Part shown: piece after piece, positions 1-11,188 of the stretch | How positions within the stretch are numbered: position 1 is the stretch's first letter | Layout of the letters: every line of letters starts with the position of its first letter | Assembly (NCBI RefSeq): GCF_001272835.1 | Contig: NZ_CP010546.1 | Span: forward strand, 392,809-424,808 | Reading direction: 5' to 3' | From: Mycoplasmoides pneumoniae FH | GTDB lineage: Bacteria; Bacillota_I; Bacilli_A; Mycoplasmatales; Mycoplasmoidaceae | DNA length: 32,000 nt | Notes under the pieces: generated by a model | What the model saw: only the letters and a program-made list of their open reading frames with translations | Told to the model about the DNA's origin: nothing | Database searches by the model: none | Position numbers and translations under genes: made by a program

Positions 1-778
1 TAGCTTTTTTAAATAAAGTGAACGCTGAAGACCAAAACGGGGATAAAAACCAGTTTGCCCAAGCAATGGCATCACTCAATAAGCAAATTAACATGTTTTA
101 CGTGTTGAATGAAATTACCAACAAGGAACACAATTTGCCAACTAAATACGGTGCTTATTCTGATCAATTAAAAAAGGTCATAAACGAAAACTTTGAAAAG
201 ATAGAAAATAAGAAAAAGGAGATAGAGGAAAAACAAAATAAAGAATTTCAGGAAAACAAGAATGGTGCATCAAATAATCAAGACACAAAGCAAGACGCAC
301 AAAAAGGTGATACCAATACCCAAAGCACTGAGTTAAAAGCTCGTCAAGCACAACAAGTGCAAAAGGATCAACAAAATGACAGTAAAGGCAATACTGCTAC
401 AAACAGTGATACTGGTAAATCGGACAATAAAACCGATACCACTGAAGATGAAAAAAACACATATAAACCCTTAACAGCTAGGGAGAAAAAACCAAAATTA
501 AGGAGCTTACTAAGGACATCTTCTTCTCTACAGCGCAGAACTATTTGTTCTTAGTGCAAGGTGGGTATAACAACAAGTTGTTTGCTGGTGGTTTACCAGA
601 GCTCCACCAACGCTTCTTGTCAGACGTAGTGGTTGATTTCTCTGAGGAAAAACTCGTTTATGAAGTACAAGGTGAACCGATTGTATCCAGTGTAGCCACC
701 ATTGTGATTACCCTATTTTTAACAGTTGTTTTATTAGCTATTGCCTTTTTCTTCTTTAAATACCGCAACGTTAAATAG
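1..778 (+). CDS. 3' part of an ABC-transporter-associated membrane/permease-like protein; 5' end outside the window; apparent 1-nt frameshift near 486-491
   Basis: Frame open from base 3 (AFLNKVNAEDQNGDKNQF...) to TAG at 554. The frame of the 545..778 ORF is open upstream to 482 and reads GEKTKIKELTKDIFFSTAQNYLFLVQGGYNNKLF...GEPIVSSVATIVITLFLTVVLLAIAFFFFKYRNVK*. The C-terminal single TM and GEPIV motif resemble the C-terminus of the 1748..3973 protein (SGEPIVGQEVIIAMVLVVTLGLLVGSFFAYQKRDIK*). Confidence 0.75.
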
Positions 779-780
779 TT

Positions 781-1761
781 ATGTCTGTTACACCAATTGT
801 TGAAGTTAAACATTTAGAAAAGGAATTTGGTTTTTGACGCAAAAACCGTATCTTAAAGGATGTGAATTTTGCCATTATGCCCGGTGAGTTCCATGCCTTT
901 ATTGGTCAAAATGGTGCGGGGAAAACTACCACCATTAAGTGTTTAATTTCATCTTATCAGCGCTTTAAGGACGAAATTAACATCGATGGCATTAGCAATA
1001 AAAACGCCAAGTCTAAGGGTGTAATTAGTTATATCCCTGAATATGCTGTGTTTCCCAAACACCTCAATACCCATGAATACCTCTACACGTTGGGTAAACT
1101 GTCAGGTTGTAGTTTGCAAACCATTAAGGAAAAGGTTGATTACTGACTAGCACGTTTTCAAATTGAACACCTCCGCTTTAAAAAGCCAAATGACTTTTCT
1201 TCTGGACAAAAGAAAAAGGTTTTATTAATCCAGGCCTTATTTAATGATCCCAAGCTGTTAATCATGGATGAGCCCACTGCTAACTTAGATCCCAAAACAC
1301 GTAATGAGTTTATGGATGTGTGTTACGAACTTAATGTACGTAACAAGATGGCGGTGTTTGTTTCATCCCATATTTTGGCTGAATTGGAAAACTATTGTGA
1401 TTCGCTCACTGTTATTCATGAAGGGCAAATTCTTTTTAATGGCAAAACAAAGAACATTGCCAAAGACAACTTTGGTTACCGTTTAAAGGTTAACCATTCC
1501 GATAGTTTACGTAAGTGATTAAAAGCACAAAAAATTGCTTACAAGTATTTCCCTGCAACCGATGACTTTCAAGTTGACTTAAAACAAGAGCAATCCAACA
1601 AATTTGCAGTTGAGCTTTACCAACAACCTGACTTTGAGGTATTTATTTTTGCACGACAAGGCAACTCGTTGCAAAACATTTACAATAACCTAATTGAGCA
1701 ATACGAGTACGATCAAGCCCAGCGTGCTGTTGCTATCCGTGAACAAGATGAAGCTGTTTAA
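781..1761 (+). CDS. ABC transporter ATP-binding protein
   Basis: ATG at 781 directly after the previous stop. With TGA=Trp one frame runs to TAA 1759-1761. Walker A GQNGAGKTTT, signature-like SSGQKKKVLL, Walker B LLIMDEPTANLD, H-loop SSHIL. Confidence 0.95.
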
Positions 1762-3973
1762 AAATTGAAGCGATGTTAACAACGTTAAACAACGGCAACT
1801 TTTACTAGCTTACTTCCGTTTTATCTTAAAACAGACCGTTAAATCTTGACTTTTATGAGTTACTGCTGGACTAGTACTGTTTTTACTGGCTTTAGTGCTG
1901 TTAATCATCCCCGCTTTCACCAAACAAGATCCTTTGTTTTTGTGATCACACCCAGTGGTGCAAATGTCGAGTTTAATCATTCCTTTCATTGCTCTGTTTG
2001 CCACCATTATTACCTTTCAAGTCTTTATTAATGGTTATTACAACGGTCTAGAGATCTTATTAATTACCCGCTTTTTTACTCGCGGTCGGTTATTCTTTGC
2101 TCGCTTAGCAGTCTTGTTTATTTGGATTACTGGCACGGCATTTTTAAGTGGTCTTTTTGTTAGTTTAACTGCTACTTTAGGTGCTACATCACAAACAGTT
2201 ACTGACCTTGTTTTAAGCGTCTTTTTTGGAGTGCTTTTACTTAGTTTATTGTTTAGCTGTGTCTTGATTATTATCGCGCAGTTTTTAAACCGCACCCAAA
2301 GTATGTTGTTGTTACTGTTAGGGGTTTCCCTAGCTAGCTTTACAACCGTTATCTTGGCCTTTTCAATTAAGCCACCGAGTGAAAATCTCCGTGATAATAG
2401 TTACCAACCACTAAACCTAAGTCTCATCAGTAAGTCTAAGTCCAAGGGTGTCGAAAATGTCTTTACCATCATTGACTCTTCAAATGTATCCGATCCGCGC
2501 AATAAAAAGAAATCGATTGTAAAAACCAATCCGCAAGCGATTTGGGATGAATATGGGGAGAGTAGCTTCTTTCAAAGCCAGTATTACTGGAATGTAGGGT
2601 ATTGAATTAACAGTCTGTTTCGGTTAAACAGCCTCAGTGATTACCGCAACTTTGATGTTAACCTCTATTTTTTAAACACTAAGCTTAATTTTGACAGGGA
2701 AGTAGATACTGATAAAATGGTCGACTTTGTTAGCTTTCGCGATCAAAGACACCTTTACTTTTTAAGTTATTCCTTTTTTATCAATACCCATAACCTGCCC
2801 ACACAACCGTTACCCCGGATTCTTACTTATGACAATAACGGTGCCTTTTTAGAGAAAATAGTCCCTTCCTTTGATGACATAAAACTAGATCCACCCCGGG
2901 TCAAAAAGGTTTACAAATTCTTTAGTGACACCATTATCCAGTCCTTCCGTGATTATGAAGCGGAGGAAAAAGAAAGGCAGGAAAAGGAAGAGAAAGAAAA
3001 GGCTGAAAAGGACAATGGCAACGGCCAGGATTCCAATAAAGTTAACTCTGTCAGCACGGAGCCTAACAATAAGAATTCATCAGATGCGGATTCTAAGGAT
3101 AACAATGATTCATCCGATTCCCAAGGCAAAGACTCAAGTAAGAGTAAGCCTAAGTTTAGACCTAGGCTGCCACAATTCTTTGATCGTGTTTCCATTAACT
3201 ACAGTAAGTTTTCCAGTAGCTTTAACACACAACTAAAACACATTCATCAAGGACTTTCTACCCGTGATGAGGCCATGGAAATCTTTAAAGATAAGGTAGC
3301 GTTATTTTATGCCCTATCAATGGCTTATGACAACTTTACTTTCCAAAAGGACAGTGGCATTATTGATAACACTAGCTTAAACAAATTTAAAACAGAGTTT
3401 AACAAGAAGCAAAAAGAGCTAACTGAAAAAAACAAGCAAAAACAGGACGGTAAAGACCAAAAGAGTCAAAGAATGACACAAGGTGCTGATAAAGCAGTCA
3501 CTGTTGAGCCAAAAGCTATGCAGTCTGAAATTGGAATGACTGATCAAACTAATGACCAAAGCAGTTCGGAAACAAAGGACAGCATGGATAGTTCAGACAG
3601 TAGTGATACTGTTGATAACACTGATGAATCAGAAGATAAACAAAGTGAAGAGGAGGAAAAGTTCGACGAGGAAATTGAGAATGCCAAAAAAATGCCTAAG
3701 GCTGAAGACGCCTTTTTTAATACTGCCTCTATCTGGTTGAGCTCACCATTTCTCTTTTTTGAAAATGGTGCAAAACGCGAACAACGATACGAAATCCATT
3801 TGCTCAATTCAAACACACAGGTTAATAACGAAATAATTAAAACTAACAGCTTTTATTACGTTAGTGGTGAACCGATTGTAGGCCAAGAAGTCATTATTGC
3901 AATGGTGCTGGTGGTAACACTAGGTCTGTTAGTTGGTAGTTTCTTCGCTTACCAAAAACGCGATATTAAGTAA
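1748..3973 (+). CDS. ABC transporter permease-like multi-TM protein with large hydrophilic Ser/Asp/Lys-rich inserts
   Basis: ATG 1748 overlaps the ATPase stop (MKLFKNWSDVNNVKQRQLLLAYFRFILKQTVKSW...). TGA=Trp read-through joins the 1955..2605 and 2717..3973 ORFs. Hydrophobic N-terminal segments and a C-terminal TM. Confidence 0.88.
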
Positions 3974-5023
3974 TTAGTTTTTCTGTAACGACCTAACGTA
4001 CTTCAAGGTAATTTGGTAAGCTAGTTTTAAATCCTTTTTCGCTAGTTTAACCAAAGCGGTAATATCAATGCCTTTAGCTCACTCTTCATGAACGCGCATT
4101 GGTTCTAACTTATCCGCTAAGTAGATAATCATGTCTAGTTGACTCATCTTTTGTGGTGGTACAGTGTGGTTTCAAATAGCGCTAAAAACAGCACTATTAT
4201 TTAAACCATACCAATGCTTTAAAATGTATGCACCTACATAGCTGTGTAACACCTTTCAGCTAGGGTAATCATTTACACCCGCTACTTTGGCTAATTTCTC
4301 TAATTGTGCTTGGGGTAGTTGCTTTGCTAGATCATGGTAAGCACCAGCAGTATAAGCCGTTTTACCATCGAGTTTATTTGCCACTGCTAAAGTTTTAGCT
4401 AACTGACCAACGCGCAAACAGTGTTGCATGCGCGGTTCATCTAACAGTGTTTGCAAAATGGTTTTTAGATAAATGTTGTGTTGGTGGATATAGTGCAACA
4501 CCTTAGCGGGAATTTGTCGAAATTTATGACTACCAAACATTTCACTCGATGCCAAATCTAAAGGACACTTACCCAACAGTCGGACGTTAAACTGTTGTAC
4601 CAATTGTTCATCAATTGGATAACCGAAACGTTCATAACAGACAAAACGACAAAGTTTTTGTAACTGCTCAATGTTATGTCATTTGGCCAACTCGCTTAAT
4701 TTATCACTGCCAATTAAAAAGTACAACTCAGCATTGGGAAAGCGCTGCTTAAAGTGTTGTACTGTATTGAACGAAAAACCGTTTTGCGCTTTAATGTCAA
4801 AGTTAGATACTGCCATCTGAGGCAATGCTTTTAGCGCAACCCTTAACATTGCTAAACGTGCTTGATTAGATGCTTTAATCGGTGATTTAAAAAAGGCTTT
4901 AGCAGTTGGTACAAAGTAAAGCTTTTGTGCTTTAATGGCTTGTACAGCACGCTTAGCAATGTAGATATGCGCTTGGTGGAGGGGATCAAATGCACCACCA
5001 AAGATCACTATTTTTTTTCTCAA
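3974..5023 (-). CDS. nadD: Nicotinate-nucleotide adenylyltransferase (NadD) fused to a C-terminal HD-domain (YqeK-like) protein
   Basis: N-term MRKKIVIFGGAFDPLHQAHIYIAKRAV matches the nucleotidyltransferase GGxFDPxHxGH signature. C-term RVGQLAKTLAVANKLDGKTAYTAGAYHDLAKQLP is an HD-domain signature. ORFs 4679..5023 and 4256..4603 are in one frame, joined by TGA=Trp; the stop complement TTA is at 3974-3976. Confidence 0.93.
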
Positions 5024-5092
5024 AGAGCTTAAATTGTTTAATTCTAACTAAAATAATCCTGATAGCTACAGCCATTTGTGCTGTCCAGGTCC

Positions 5093-6958
5093 ATGGTAAA
5101 AAAGGAACTAGAAATTTACAACCTCTATACTTTTCAAATAGACCTCGATAAAAAGCTTTTATTTGAAAAAGCAGATAATCAACAGAATTACTCTAAGATT
5201 AGAGCTCGTTATTTTAAAAATTCTGCACGTAATCAACAAGCAGTTTTTCTCAATAAAAACCTGATTAAAAACACTTTTAATAAGGCACTGTTAAACTTCT
5301 CGGATTTTTTGAGTGGTAGTGGTGTAGAGAGCATTTTTAAGCAGGTCATTGATGATCAACCTGAAGTTTTAAACTACCTCAAACAGGTCAAAAAGGAAGA
5401 TAGTTGCGATGGTCACAGCGAAGCGTCACAGTTAGTATTTAATGTAGTCATTAACCCTAAAAATACGCTCGCTAACTTCTTTGAGGAATTAACCATTTAC
5501 CTCCACTTTAATGAAGAGAACAGCACAGTTGTCGGAAGCTTTTCGTTAAAGTGAAACATTAAGCGTGCCGACCTGTTTTCAGAAACGAAAAATATTGCCA
5601 TTAACAATCTGATTCACACCTTCTGTAAAAACAACTTAAACGAGGTTAGCTTTATCCAGATCATTAAATGCTTTGCTAAAACACTGATTAATAAGCAAGG
5701 ACAAATTGTGTTGGAGAGTTGTGCCTTTAAGCAAAAATGACAAAACATCGTGGAGCAAAAGTACCCTTTTTCCACGATTCACAAAAACTTAAAGATTGTC
5801 AATTCTGATTTCTTTGATGCTTTTTTTGTGATCTTGTTGTTAATTTGTCACCTCAATAATAACTTGTTGTGGTTGTGTGAAAAAACTGAGCACTTTGAAT
5901 GAAAGCTCAACAGCAAGATTAGTAATTTCAAAGAAGATAACACTGAAGTGTACTTGTCGAAAATGCTGTTGTTTTTAAAGGACTGGTACTTTGAAAACCA
6001 AGCCGTTACTAATGAAGACATTGAAAAGGTTGATGAAGTGGAAGACATTGGTAAGTTAGTGGAAAAATACAGCGCTAATCAACCACAAAAGTTGTCTTCT
6101 AATTCAACCGTTTATGTATTTGAACCAGACAAAAAACAGTGCTTTTTAAAGAATGATGACTTTTTCAACACTAACGAAGCTAAGCTGTTGTTTTTAATCA
6201 CAATGCAACCCAATGTTTTTGGTCTGGATGATACTGCCATTGCCAATGACTTAAACCTAAGGGAAATTGGTGACTTCTTTAAGGAAATTGACTTTACTGA
6301 CAGCGATGTGCTCAATGACTTTCAACAACAAAAAGAAACTTTGTTAGTACGGCGTACCTTTAACCAACTGTTGTTTATGAACAGTAATACCGATGTTTTG
6401 AGTATTGTTAACAATAAGTTCAAATCAGCGATCCATAACATTGTCTGAACGATTACTTACAGTAAGGCAATTATGCTCAAGGCATTTGATTACTCCAAGA
6501 TCTTTGAGCAAAACCGCACTAACGATCCTTCTCTCTTGCGTTCTAACCTCAACAGCATTAACCGGCTGCGGTATCTCAGTGAATACTTCCGTACCGCTTC
6601 AGTTAAGTATGACCAGCTGTACACCAAGGTAAAGGAGTACATGCAATTAGATCAGTTCTTAGTAGACATGATTAACCAGGTCAACCATGAAGATGAGATC
6701 TTTGGTAAATACAAGGAACGGGTTTATTTGAGTTTGGGAATAGTTACTGCTGTTGTCTTTGGTATTATTGAGTTCTTTAACTGTGTTTGAACGGTTTTAA
6801 CAGTCAGTCAACAAACGGCTGAAAAAAGTTTAGCTGATCCAAGAAACACGGTAATTATTGGTATTGGTACTATCCTTGTTTTAACACTGTTAATTACCAT
6901 TTTAACCTTTATGACAAGACGGCTTTACCTGTTTGAATTTAACAAGAAGCATAAATAA
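5093..6958 (+). CDS. Conserved hypothetical protein, large soluble N-terminus with two C-terminal transmembrane segments
   Basis: ATG 5093 (alternative GTG 5078). One table-4 frame joins 5078..5554, 5948..6448 and 6473..6790 and ends at TAA 6956-6958. C-term ERVYLSLGIVTAVVFGIIEFFNCVWTVLTVS...NTVIIGIGTILVLTLLITILTFM. Confidence 0.88.
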
Positions 6959-6960
6959 AG

Positions 6961-8859
6961 ATGGAATTCAATAAGTTACAACTCAGTCACTGTATTTCCT
7001 TTTACATTTCAGACGTTTCGGAAGTGTTCTTTGAAAGTATTAACCAACACCCTAGTCGTGATTTTGTCAACAACATCCTGCAAAAGATTAAGAGCACTCT
7101 CAGTGAAGAGGAATTGGAAAAGCTCAACACCATTGAGGAAGTTACTAAGGATGAGAAAATTTTGATCATGCTCAACCATGTGTTGAAGAAGATTGTTTCT
7201 AAAACGGGTAGTTCTAGCTGTGACTTATTTCAAATAGTGAAACACGACCGCTTTAACGAGCCGGTTTACATCCAAAGTGTCAATGCCTTTGAAAACAATT
7301 TGATTAACAATGAATTTGCGGAAAGGCGGTATGACTATTTAATTGAAATTAATAAACACTCTTATTTAAGGAAGTATGTCAATGCCATTCGCATCTCCTT
7401 CTTTTTAGATTTAAGGGCGCAAATCTTGTCCGGTTCCTTTACTTTGGATGTGATTAACAAACAGTTGGAACACCAAAATAAGGAAGAGTTGTTCCAAGCG
7501 ATTTACTTACGCTCCTTAATTAAGCATTTTATCTCGAACCAACCTTACCCGATTTCCTTAAATTCGTTTATTTTTGGTGATAAAAACCGTGAAAACAAGA
7601 CGGTTGAAAACGACAAGCTTAGTGTGCTTAAAAACAATTGGAATCAAATCTTCTTTTCTAAGTACTTTGATTTTGTTGCCAAAAACAAAGAAGAGCGTGT
7701 TGTCGATAACAACTGCGATGAGCTGTTTTACGCCACCATGAACACGCTCTTGATTATGTTGATCATTATTGAAGAGCTCCGGGTATACTTCAACAGTAAA
7801 GAGCCAGCCTTAATCTTAAAGCTACTAGATAACAAGGTTTCACTGCGCGAAGACCCCGACCAAAATCCAGAAACTGATTTGCATGAGTTAATTAAGTTTG
7901 CTGAAAAGAATTACCTCGAAAAGGAAAAAACAAGTCGCTGACACAAAAAACGCGTCAAAAGCTTAGAAGAGTTACTAGAAGAAATTAAACAAATTAATTT
8001 AGAGACTAAAAACGAATCGTTAGCATACCCCGATGAAATTGTGGAATTAGAGTTAGATAACGTTCACAACTTTGTCTCTACTAAACAGGTTTTTCGTCAC
8101 CAGTTAGACTTACAAACTTTACATGGTATAGTCATCAACCCTGAGCGCTATGGTATTGGCATGTGGAGTAACCACTTTGTCGATTGGGAGGAGTTTAAAG
8201 ATTTAATTGAACAGATTACTGATGCTGAAAATGGTAGTGATCTCTATGGTTTTGAAAAGGACTTGGATGAGAGCATTTGCCAAGTTAACAAGAAGTACTT
8301 AACCTTTATTAGTAGTGACAGTAGCTCTTTCTTAATTATTAAGAATGACCAAACTAAGGTTATCTCTAATTATGTCTGGGCGCAACTGTACTTTGAAACG
8401 CGCCGGTGGATTATTAATGATATTGAATACGATCTGTATGAAAAGGGGTTTGACAAGAGCCACTTTGCTAGTAACATTGCCCTTTTAGAGAGCTTGAATT
8501 TTAACTGACTCGATCCCTTTTACGGATTGACCTCAATCAAGGAGATCATGCAAAAGATTGACAGTAAGAGTAATTTAAAAACATCGATTGCCGAAATGGT
8601 CGCTAAGTTTAAACACGAACAGCGCATCTCCAAAAAGGACAATGAGCGGGTGTTGATGATCTTTGCTTATGTAGCCGCTGCGGTAGTTGGTTTTATTAAC
8701 TTTTTTTCGATGGTGTTTACCATTCTTACAGTCAGTGATCTCAATGCTGGTCTCACCCCCGCTAACATTGTTGTTATTGCAATTGCGAGCTTATTGGCCT
8801 TATTTTTAATTGTTATTGCTGTTTTATTTCGGTTTAGGTGAAAGTACATTAAGCACTAA
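6961..8859 (+). CDS. Conserved hypothetical protein, paralogue of the upstream gene with two C-terminal TM segments
   Basis: ATG 6961. Table-4 frame joins ORFs 6961..7941, 8041..8508 and 8527..8841 and ends at TAA 8857-8859. C-term ERVLMIFAYVAAAVVGFINFFSMVFTILTVSD...NIVVIAIASLLALFLIVIAVLF. Confidence 0.9.
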
Positions 8860-9533
8860 TGCAGGTTAAAGTAATTGATGAAAACAGCAATACAACCGCT
8901 GTCCTTAACTGCGCTAAAGCGAAAACGCGAGCGCTAGCTTGGTTGTGTGATACAGTACTGTTAGCGATCTTACTCGCAATTATTTACGGCATTAGTAGCA
9001 TTTTCATCAAAGAACAGTCCAGTGTGTTTTTAATTATGACGGTAAGTCAAGCAGTCTTGTGGTTGACTTACTTTGTCATTTTACCGGGTTTATGGAAGGG
9101 CAAAACGCTCTTTCGTGCTTTACTGGGTTTAAGTTTACTCATCTTTAAAAAACGCTTTTGAAACCTCTTAGTGCACGAGCTTTTTCTGTGAGTATGGTAC
9201 TCAGTTATCTTTCTAGCACTAGCAATTTACTTTTTTGTCAACAGGGATGATCCGAAGATACTGCAAGCTTTTTTTGATAACCAAAACAGCAATCTTAGCT
9301 GGATATTTGTCAAAATCTTGCTAAGTGTTATTAGTGTCTTACAACTAGTATTTGTGGTGTATTTCTGTTTCAGCTCCCAAAAGCAAGCGTTGCAAGATTT
9401 GTTATCTAAGAGTTTTATGGTGCAAAAAACAATTAAAGTAAAGGATTGTAAAAGTGAATTGAAGTCCACTAACACTATAAAAACGCACTCTGATTTACCC
9501 GGCGACATTGATTTAGAACAATTAGGTGATTAA
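8859..9533 (+). CDS. RDD-like family integral membrane protein
   Basis: ATG 8859 overlaps the previous TAA (TAATG). Joined by TGA=Trp to the 9318..9533 ORF. LAWLCDTVLLAILLAIIYGISS...LWKGKTLFRALLGLSLLIFKKR resembles an RDD domain. Confidence 0.8.
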
Positions 9534-9536
9534 GTT

Positions 9537-11126
9537 ATGGAACATTTAAATCAGGAACAGAAAGCTGCTGTTACTTGTGATAACGGTGTTAACGTGGTGT
9601 ATTCCGGTGCTGGCACGGGTAAAACAACCGTTATTGCTGAACGCTTTGCTTACTTAGTCAATGAAAAAGGCGTTAATCCTCAAAGTATTTTGGCCTTTAC
9701 CTTCACTGATAAGGCAGCGAGTGAAATGCGCCAACGCATTATTAAGTTAATTCCACAAAAAAGCTTGCAGGATCTGCACATCTATACCTTTCACAGTTTT
9801 GCCAACAGGTTTTTGCAAAAACATGGCAAAAGTGACTTTGCCATCTTGAGAGATTCTAACCGCTTCTTTAGTGATTATGAAATGGGTGATCAACTACAAA
9901 CAGTGGTGGAAATTTATAAAAACAAAGTAGTTGATTTAGAACTTGACAACCTAGAGTATAACTCCGCTTTTAGAGATGCTTGTACAGATACTTTTAACGA
10001 GGATTTTAGTACCATCTCCAATGGTCAGTTTCGTAAACGGGCTGCGACTGCTTTACGGGCTTACCAGAACTATTTAATTACCAATAACCTATTTGATTTT
10101 AGCGATTTAATTATTGAAACTTGCCACCTTTTAAAAGGTAATAGTGAATTGTTGCAAGCATTTACCGAAAGTGTGCATTATATCTTAGTAGATGAATTTC
10201 AAGACACTAACCTAGCCCAGTACGAATTGGTAAAGTTACTAGCTACAACTCATCCTAATCTCTTTTTGGTGGGTGATAGCAACCAGATGATTTACGGTTG
10301 GCGGGGTGCTGTTGTAGAGATCTTTGAACTTTTAAAAAATGATTTTCAAACAGTCAAAGAGTTTTATACCACCCAAAACTACCGCAGCAGCCAAGCGGTG
10401 TTAGCAGTAGCGAATGATGTACTAACCGCAATTGCTAGAAAAGAGAGGAAAGCGCTCGTGTTGTTGCACTCTAGCATTGATTCTAAAGCTGTACCGGTAC
10501 ACTATAAGGCCAATTCTTTGAAAAACCAAGACCAGTGGATTATTTACCAAATGAAACAGTTGCATTTAAACAATGGTGTACCTTATGATCAGATGGCGGT
10601 GTTATTTCGTAAGAATAAACACCTTGACGCTTTTAGTCAAACAGTGCTGGAAGATGGTGATTTACCTTTAGCTAAATTAAACCTTTTAACAATTCACGCT
10701 GCCAAGGGTTTGGAATTTGAGGCAGTATTTGTTTATGGCTTGGTTGAACGCGCTTTTCCTAGTTTGCACTGGGATGGAAGTGATAAGCACAAGTTACTAG
10801 AAGAAATGAAACTGTTTTACGTAGCGATTACTCGTGCTAAACAGTTTTTATTTTTAGTTTCTGTTAGTGTGGAAAGTTTCAATGCGTATTATGAGCCGTC
10901 ACGCTTTTTAAAACTAATTGAAAAGGAACATTTGCAAACACAAAAGGCAGCGTACTTTAAAGAACAATTAAAGACACAGCCAAAACCAGTTAATTTGTAT
11001 ACAGAGACAGAAAACGCGGAAAACTTACAAAAAGCCACTGACTCTAAAAAGTGAATTATTTTAGGGGCGATTCTTTTGATAATTGTGATTATTACCGCTG
11101 TGTTAAAACTTTTTGTTGAAAATTAA
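9537..11126 (+). CDS. UvrD/Rep/PcrA-like superfamily 1 helicase with a C-terminal transmembrane tail
   Basis: Walker [20 protein letters not shown], motif II VDEFQDTNLAQYELVKLL, motif III QMIYGWRGA, motif [21 protein letters not shown], motif VI LFYVAITRAKQFLFL. Frame continues past TGA 11052 as WIILGAILLIIVIITAVLKLFVEN* ending at 11126. Confidence 0.93.
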
Positions 11127-11188
11127 CATTTTATCCCTTTTTTATAACAGATTACACTAATTAAAAAAACAATCTTAAACCTAGTACT

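Noticed and set aside
1810-2007. Minus-strand ORF antisense to the permease-like CDS, and similar antisense ORFs (2038..2295, 2953..3195, 3544..3816, 6112..6315, 9227..9508, 14661..14912, 16968..17168, 20130..20468, 20795..21079, 24929..25354 and others)
   Set aside because: All lie opposite well-supported table-4 genes, have low-complexity or compositionally biased translations, and show no recognisable motif.
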